39,689 nt of DNA from a virus. Lineage: Duplodnaviria > Caudoviricetes. Both the position numbers and the translations under genes were made by a program. The stretch lies in the IMG/VR virus record IMGVR_UViG_3300027192_000171, positions 1-39,689 of that record. One strand, written 5' to 3'. The notes below the pieces were generated by a model. It was given only the letters and a program-made list of their open reading frames with translations. It did not search any database and was not told where the DNA came from. This document shows positions 35,104-39,689 of this stretch, in pieces. Each line of letters begins with the position of its first letter. The stretch's first letter is position 1.

Positions 35104-36057
35104 ATGCGTAAATTAATGTTATTCGAAGAGTTTCTTAACGAAGCTAAACAGCCAAAAGATCTGCATAAGATTTATTTGGCGATCGATCCTAAAAGTGGAC
35201 ATCGTTTCTGGAGCTTCAAAGATTTTGCCGGAGATAACTATTTTATTCAGGTTACTTTAGATAATTATAAAGATATCGATATTAATCCTGATTATCCAGT
35301 TTTAACTTATAATTCTAAAGTTATACAAAAACTTTTAGATGAAGGTCTAATTAAACTCGAGAACGTTTATAATAAACCAGAATACATCAAGCAATCTGGT
35401 TCTAAGAAAGAATTTCATAAGATGGTTGAAGGAGATGAAAACATTCCTAAAACATGCTATGATTCTGAAAAAGCAGTTGAAGAAGTTGGGTTTCCAATGA
35501 TTGCGAAACCAGCTGAAGGACATTCAGGTCTTGGTATTTCAGTTCTTAAAACGCAAGAAGATTTTGATGCAGCTGATCATGATAAGTTAGATGTTTATTC
35601 ACAATACATTGATAAAAAGAGCGAGCACCGTTTCTTTACATTTAAAGGTCAGCCTTTCTTTTGGCAAGAACGTACGCCACAGAATGATAAAGCTAAAACA
35701 GGAGACGGTGATAGTTCAGAGAAAATGTCATTTGCATATACTCGTAGAGATGTAAGTGAAGTTCCTCAAAAGTATTTGGATCTTATTGAGAAATTTGGTG
35801 AGATTATGAAAGATCTACCATATATTTGTTTTGATATTATGGAAGATCAAGATGGTCATCTATTCATTATTGAAACTAACTCCCAACCGGGAGTTCCATT
35901 TGATTCAACTGTACATATCTATAGAACTTTATTTAAAGATTTCTTTGGACATGAAGTTGAACCAAATACTGATAAAAAATTATCAGAACTAAGCGATTAT
36001 TTAAACAATAAAACTTTAGAAATTGATAAAGATCGATTCTTTTTACAAGAAGATTAA
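35104..36057 (+). CDS. ATP-grasp ligase (RimK-like) with MRKLMLFEEFLNE leader
   Basis: IPKT, FPMIAKP..GHSG.GI, QYID...EHR, FDIM, IIETNSQPG. Confidence 0.85.
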   Translation: MRKLMLFEEFLNEAKQPKDLHKIYLAIDPKSGHRFWSFKDFAGDNYFIQVTLDNYKDIDINPDYPVLTYNSKVIQKLLDEGLIKLENVYNKPEYIKQSGSKKEFHKMVEGDENIPKTCYDSEKAVEEVGFPMIAKPAEGHSGLGISVLKTQEDFDAADHDKLDVYSQYIDKKSEHRFFTFKGQPFFWQERTPQNDKAKTGDGDSSEKMSFAYTRRDVSEVPQKYLDLIEKFGEIMKDLPYICFDIMEDQDGHLFIIETNSQPGVPFDSTVHIYRTLFKDFFGHEVEPNTDKKLSELSDYLNNKTLEIDKDRFFLQED

Positions 36058-36077
36058 AACTTTAACACTTTTTAACA

Positions 36078-36137
36078 AAAATAATTAACCCGGGATTTCA
36101 CGATCTCGGGTTTTTTGTTTATATTTAATAGTTATTA
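36078..36137 (+). promoter_or_regulatory. Early-class promoter with hairpin
   Basis: AAAATAATT-N33-TATATTTA; stem AACCCGGGAT/ATCTCGGGTT (one G-U) plus T run. Confidence 0.7.
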
Positions 36138-36148
36138 AAAATGATACT

Positions 36149-38557
36149 ATGAAATTACGTCTATTATTACTTTTTTTATTAATTCCATTCGTTTCGATTG
36201 CACAGGCACCTCCTATACAAAAGAAGGTAGAGATTACTGGTTATTCATGCTCTAATTTAGTAACGCAGGTCGAAGTTCCTTCTCTATCTAAAAACTCTCA
36301 CACTGCAAAGGATGCCATCGATGCGGTTACATTCTTATTAAACACTGATAAAGAACAAGCGTACAGTTTTTTATGGGATTATAATCAATCCGGTCAGACT
36401 ACCATTTACTCTATTCAGAATTCTATTAACGCTGTAAATTATTTTAAAGAGAATGTGATTCGAACACTTTATTCAGATTTACAAAATGAAACTATAATTA
36501 ATTTTGTTAACTACTTTAGAGCGTTTGACTATTTTGCATGGTATAAAACTGAAGTAATTAAAGTTCAACAATATGATGATATCTTAATTTCTGCAATTCC
36601 TACACTTTATCAGAAACCAGAATACTGGGCAAATAATCCAAAGATGGATGCGTTTAGATGGGATGCTACTCTACTTATGGATATTGAATATCGAAGAGGT
36701 GAACTCTGGCCTTCAATTAAATATCATTTACAGAATGGGATTGGAAATGGACTTAACGCAGCATCAGCAGTGATATGGAGAGGTTTAATTAACGGTGATA
36801 GTTCTTTAATCTCTAAAATATTTCAAGATAGTACGTATATTAATGACATCTATAAATTATGTATGAATTCTAATGTTAGAATTTCTACTAATTTTATAAA
36901 TACATTGGGTTTAATTTTATTACAATACGAAAGAATGCCTGATAATATTAAAAACACATTTAATATTAATCAGTACATTACAATGCTGAATACCTTAGAA
37001 AGGAATTTAACAGTTGGATCTTCTCAGCATTTAAAATTAATTTCATCTCTATATGAATATAATGGTAAGTATGCATTTTCAGTTAATTATGATGATATTA
37101 AAAATCAATATTATAATCAACAATTTTCGAAAGAAATTCCATTTGAGGATGGAAGTCTAATAATTCACTCTTCTTTATCTGATGATGTAATTAATGAATT
37201 ATACTTATCTCTTAGAGAAGCAAAGTCAAACTTTTTTAAATTATCAAAAGATGTAAATCCTATAGATGGTGATATTAATGATGTGATTCATATGTACATA
37301 TTTGAATCTTCTGAAACATATAACATGTTAGGCGGTATGTTTTTTGGAATTCCAACTAATAATGGTGGTATCTATATTGAAAATCATTCATCTCTATATA
37401 CGTTTAATCGACAAGATGAGCTACTACCTCTTGATATGTTACTTAAACACGAATACACGCATTACTTAGATGGAAGATATAATATACATGGAACTTTTGG
37501 AGAACTTGAATTTTATGATTGGATTGCCGGAAGATATGTATGGTGGACAGAAGGTTTAGCTAATTATGTTGCAAGCGCAGAACCGGAAACAGGATTCTAT
37601 ATTTCTGCGTTCTCTGGTAATTTAATTTCAAACGATAATGGAAATTATTTAAGTCTTGAAACTTCTCTTAGAAATAGTTATAACTATGGTGGTAGAATGT
37701 ATGCGTATTCAGAAGCAGCATGGGGTTATTTAAACACAATAATGCCAGATGCAGTTAATCAGATGTTTAAACTTGTTAGAACAAATTCAACTCAAGAATT
37801 CTGGAACTTATTAGATTCTATCGCATTTAATAAAGACTTACAGACAGGGTATACTACATACTTAAATAATGTAGCGACAGATTGGAAGCAAAATAAGATT
37901 TCTGATCCAGGGTTGAGAGAATATACATTCACAAGCACAGAGGTTACACCAGATGAACTTAAAGAAGTCATTGATATAGTTAATATAGTACAAGAATACA
38001 GTCTTACATCGTCTTATTCTCAACCTTATAAGTTTGTAAAACTATCGAAATCAATCACTTACACTGATGATTTAGCAACTTCAATTCAAAAAATAGATCA
38101 ATATTTAGAGAATACGATTCTTCAATTTCATCAAGCATCTGGTGAGTTTACTGGATTTAGCATAGTTACATCGTGGATTGAATCTATCAGTGAAGATAGT
38201 ACGGGAATTACATTTAATGTTTCATTTGAAATACCATTAAATGGATCTTTCGAAGAAGTAGTTGATCCAATTGATCCAATCGATCCAATCGATCCAGTTG
38301 ATCCAACACCTGAACCAGAGCCAGAAATATTAAACATGGTCCTATATCCTAATCCATCGGTTGATGTTATTAATGTAACGAATGTTAAAGCAGGAGCCCA
38401 GGTTACTATCTTTAATTTAAGAGGTCAAATTGTATATCAACAGAATGTGGTAGCTGATGGGTTTGTACATAGTGTATCTCAACTTCCAACTGGAATCTAC
38501 ATTGTAAACATCATACAGTCCGGTAGAAAAACTTCGATAAAATTTATAAAAAGGTAA
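36149..38557 (+). CDS. Peptidase M9 (microbial collagenase-like) with signal peptide and T9SS type A sorting domain
   Basis: TNNGGIYIE, LKHEYTHYLDGRY, WWTEGLANY; C-terminal LYPNPS...IFNLRGQ.V...LPTGIYIV.I...KFIK. Confidence 0.9.
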   Translation: MKLRLLLLFLLIPFVSIAQAPPIQKKVEITGYSCSNLVTQVEVPSLSKNSHTAKDAIDAVTFLLNTDKEQAYSFLWDYNQSGQTTIYSIQNSINAVNYFKENVIRTLYSDLQNETIINFVNYFRAFDYFAWYKTEVIKVQQYDDILISAIPTLYQKPEYWANNPKMDAFRWDATLLMDIEYRRGELWPSIKYHLQNGIGNGLNAASAVIWRGLINGDSSLISKIFQDSTYINDIYKLCMNSNVRISTNFINTLGLILLQYERMPDNIKNTFNINQYITMLNTLERNLTVGSSQHLKLISSLYEYNGKYAFSVNYDDIKNQYYNQQFSKEIPFEDGSLIIHSSLSDDVINELYLSLREAKSNFFKLSKDVNPIDGDINDVIHMYIFESSETYNMLGGMFFGIPTNNGGIYIENHSSLYTFNRQDELLPLDMLLKHEYTHYLDGRYNIHGTFGELEFYDWIAGRYVWWTEGLANYVASAEPETGFYISAFSGNLISNDNGNYLSLETSLRNSYNYGGRMYAYSEAAWGYLNTIMPDAVNQMFKLVRTNSTQEFWNLLDSIAFNKDLQTGYTTYLNNVATDWKQNKISDPGLREYTFTSTEVTPDELKEVIDIVNIVQEYSLTSSYSQPYKFVKLSKSITYTDDLATSIQKIDQYLENTILQFHQASGEFTGFSIVTSWIESISEDSTGITFNVSFEIPLNGSFEEVVDPIDPIDPIDPVDPTPEPEPEILNMVLYPNPSVDVINVTNVKAGAQVTIFNLRGQIVYQQNVVADGFVHSVSQLPTGIYIVNIIQSGRKTSIKFIKR
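38261..38305. repeat. 9-bp tandem repeat RTYGATCCA x5, encoding a (V/I)DP linker
   Basis: GTTGATCCA ATTGATCCA ATCGATCCA ATCGATCCA GTTGATCCA. Confidence 0.9.
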
Positions 38558-38616
38558 AAATAATTGCAAAAAAGTTTTTTAGTCTCAGGATTTATTGTTA
38601 TATTAGTACTATAATT
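38557..38616 (+). promoter_or_regulatory. Early-class promoter, no hairpin
   Basis: AAAATAATT-N33-TATATTAGTACTATAATTAAAAGATA; 3' part identical to the copy at 15413. Confidence 0.7.
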
Positions 38617-38629
38617 AAAAGATAAAACT

Positions 38630-38932
38630 ATGCTAAGTAAAATTAATCTTCTTGCTCAACGCTTTGAAAACTATAACGTAGGACCTGAGGGTCTTGGTGA
38701 AGTTCCATATTGGAAGCCTAAGGGTGGACATGTGTTTGAAGTCAAAGTTAATTTTGATTGGTTAATGTATGCCGATTCAGAAGATCGAGATAAGATCTTT
38801 GCTTCTATTATTGATGCAGAATCAAATGACTATGAAAAATTTGAATATGTTGAATTTGAACTCGCTCCTGAAGTAAGTAAGATTTCAACGAAAGATTTTA
38901 ATCGTGCTTTTAAAGCGCATTACAAATCTTAA
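38630..38932 (+). CDS. Hypothetical protein
   Basis: 100 aa after an early-class element. Confidence 0.75.
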   Translation: MLSKINLLAQRFENYNVGPEGLGEVPYWKPKGGHVFEVKVNFDWLMYADSEDRDKIFASIIDAESNDYEKFEYVEFELAPEVSKISTKDFNRAFKAHYKS

Positions 38933-38957
38933 ACTTTTTAAAAATTTCAAATATAAT
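38931..38957 (+). promoter_or_regulatory. Putative middle-class promoter AAAC-N17-TATAAT
   Basis: Conserved spacing; ends 4 nt before the ATG. Confidence 0.6.
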
Positions 38958-38961
38958 TAAT

Positions 38962-39441
38962 ATGACACAGTATAAAAATCGATATGGAGACATCTACACC
39001 TTTGAGTTAGATGAAAATAAAAATATAGTCTGGAAAGGCGATTTCAAGTGGTGTCGTTTTGGATGGCCTAATGTTTACAAAGAGGCTTATGAATCCTATT
39101 GTAAAGATGGTGGCGACATGCACATTGAATGGTTCAAAGAGGAAGTACATAGATCTATCTATGTGAATGATAAGTATGTTGGTCCCTGTGAGGTTGCAGG
39201 AAAATACCAAAAACTAATCTACTCGGATAAAGACACTATTAATATGGTAGATCCTTCAGGTGGTCCTTATATGACTTCAGATATGGAACTTGACTGGTTA
39301 GGTGAAGAATTTAATGAACTCAGTATTCGTAAATTTGAACCTACTGAAGAAGGTTATTTAATTATTACTTATAATAGGTACGAACATTTAGCAGAATATA
39401 ATCAAGTTGGAGGCATCATTAACACCAAAGAGAATGGGTAA
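38962..39441 (+). CDS. Hypothetical protein
   Basis: 159 aa (NRYGD.YTF...VDPSGGPY). Confidence 0.75.
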   Translation: MTQYKNRYGDIYTFELDENKNIVWKGDFKWCRFGWPNVYKEAYESYCKDGGDMHIEWFKEEVHRSIYVNDKYVGPCEVAGKYQKLIYSDKDTINMVDPSGGPYMTSDMELDWLGEEFNELSIRKFEPTEEGYLIITYNRYEHLAEYNQVGGIINTKENG

Positions 39442-39579
39442 ATACTTAAAGCAAGGATTTGTAAGAGCGTTGGAATGGCAACTTAATAGAGAAGAAATCT
39501 CCTACTCAAAATGGGTTGACCTAATGGAGGAGGAATGTATTAAGAACTACAAAGAAGAAACCTTTAACACCAAAGAGAA
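39419..39579. repeat. 16-bp gene-junction direct repeat TTAACACCAAAGAGAA x2
   Basis: Copies at 39419-39434 and 39564-39579, each at the next gene's ATG. Confidence 0.85.
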
Positions 39580-39583
39580 ATGA
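39434..39583 (+). CDS. Small hypothetical protein, 49 aa, ending ETFNTKEK; not in the ORF track
   Basis: Bounded by the junction repeats; overlaps both neighbours. Confidence 0.65.
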   Translation: MGKYLKQGFVRALEWQLNREEISYSKWVDLMEEECIKNYKEETFNTKEK

Positions 39584-39689
39584 AAAACAAAATGGCAAAA
39601 TTTAAGAAAGGCGACCGAGTTCGCTACATTAGAGAAGTTGGAGATGATGGTGTCGTGTCTGGAAGTTTGGGTACTGTAGATGAAAACGA
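39580..39689 (+). CDS. Hypothetical protein, 3' truncated (MKNKMAKFKKGDRVRY...)
   Basis: ATGA overlap; frame open to the window end. Confidence 0.6.
   Translation, partial: MKNKMAKFKKGDRVRYIREVGDDGVVSGSLGTVDEN

Noticed and set aside
19881-39579. CRISPR mini-array from the short direct repeats (19881-19918, 38261-38305, 39419-39579)
   Set aside because: Repeats are too short, have too few copies or are coding, and lack regular spacers; no cas genes.
1-39689. TAG-to-Gln recoding suggested by the phage GlnRS
   Set aside because: Terminase, sheath, tape measure and other long genes are intact in the standard code. TAG ends five genes (11005, 13919, 16136, 16853, 27162) at plausible C-termini. 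Nearby backup stops, two of them immediate TGA, are expected in AT-rich DNA.
1-39689. tRNA or rRNA genes
   Set aside because: No cloverleaf with T-loop/D-loop signatures seen in the short intergenic gaps; tRNAscan-SE would be decisive.

Overview
AT-rich, gene-dense segment of a large T4-like contractile-tailed phage genome; every credible gene is on the + strand. The host is most likely a Bacteroidota (Flavobacteriia-like) bacterium: genes have A-rich starts without Shine-Dalgarno motifs, the early promoters resemble TAnnTTTG, and two proteins carry T9SS-type sorting domains. 1-1.7 kb: replication genes (5'-3' exonuclease, gp62-like clamp loader subunit). 1.7-13.3 kb: virion module (gp14-like neck fusion, small and large terminase, sheath, tube, gp26/gp51-like chaperones, tape measure). 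13.3-39.7 kb: accessory region with RNA end-healing and ligation enzymes, a GIY-YIG homing endonuclease, glycan enzymes, GlnRS, NEIL1-like and Rmt2-like enzymes, an ECF sigma factor, an ATP-grasp ligase and an M9 collagenase. Main candidate novelties: (i) phage-encoded T9SS cargo proteins; (ii) a shared N-terminal MKHVKLFExFxNE tag resembling the T4 capsid-targeting sequence, one copy on an ATP-grasp enzyme; (iii) three fixed-architecture promoter classes, one possibly read by the phage ECF sigma; (iv) a probable +1 frameshift between the tail chaperones; (v) an adjacent pair of apparently dead pseudo-enzymes; (vi) a gene-junction repeat. All family assignments come from recognising motifs by eye, not from database searches.
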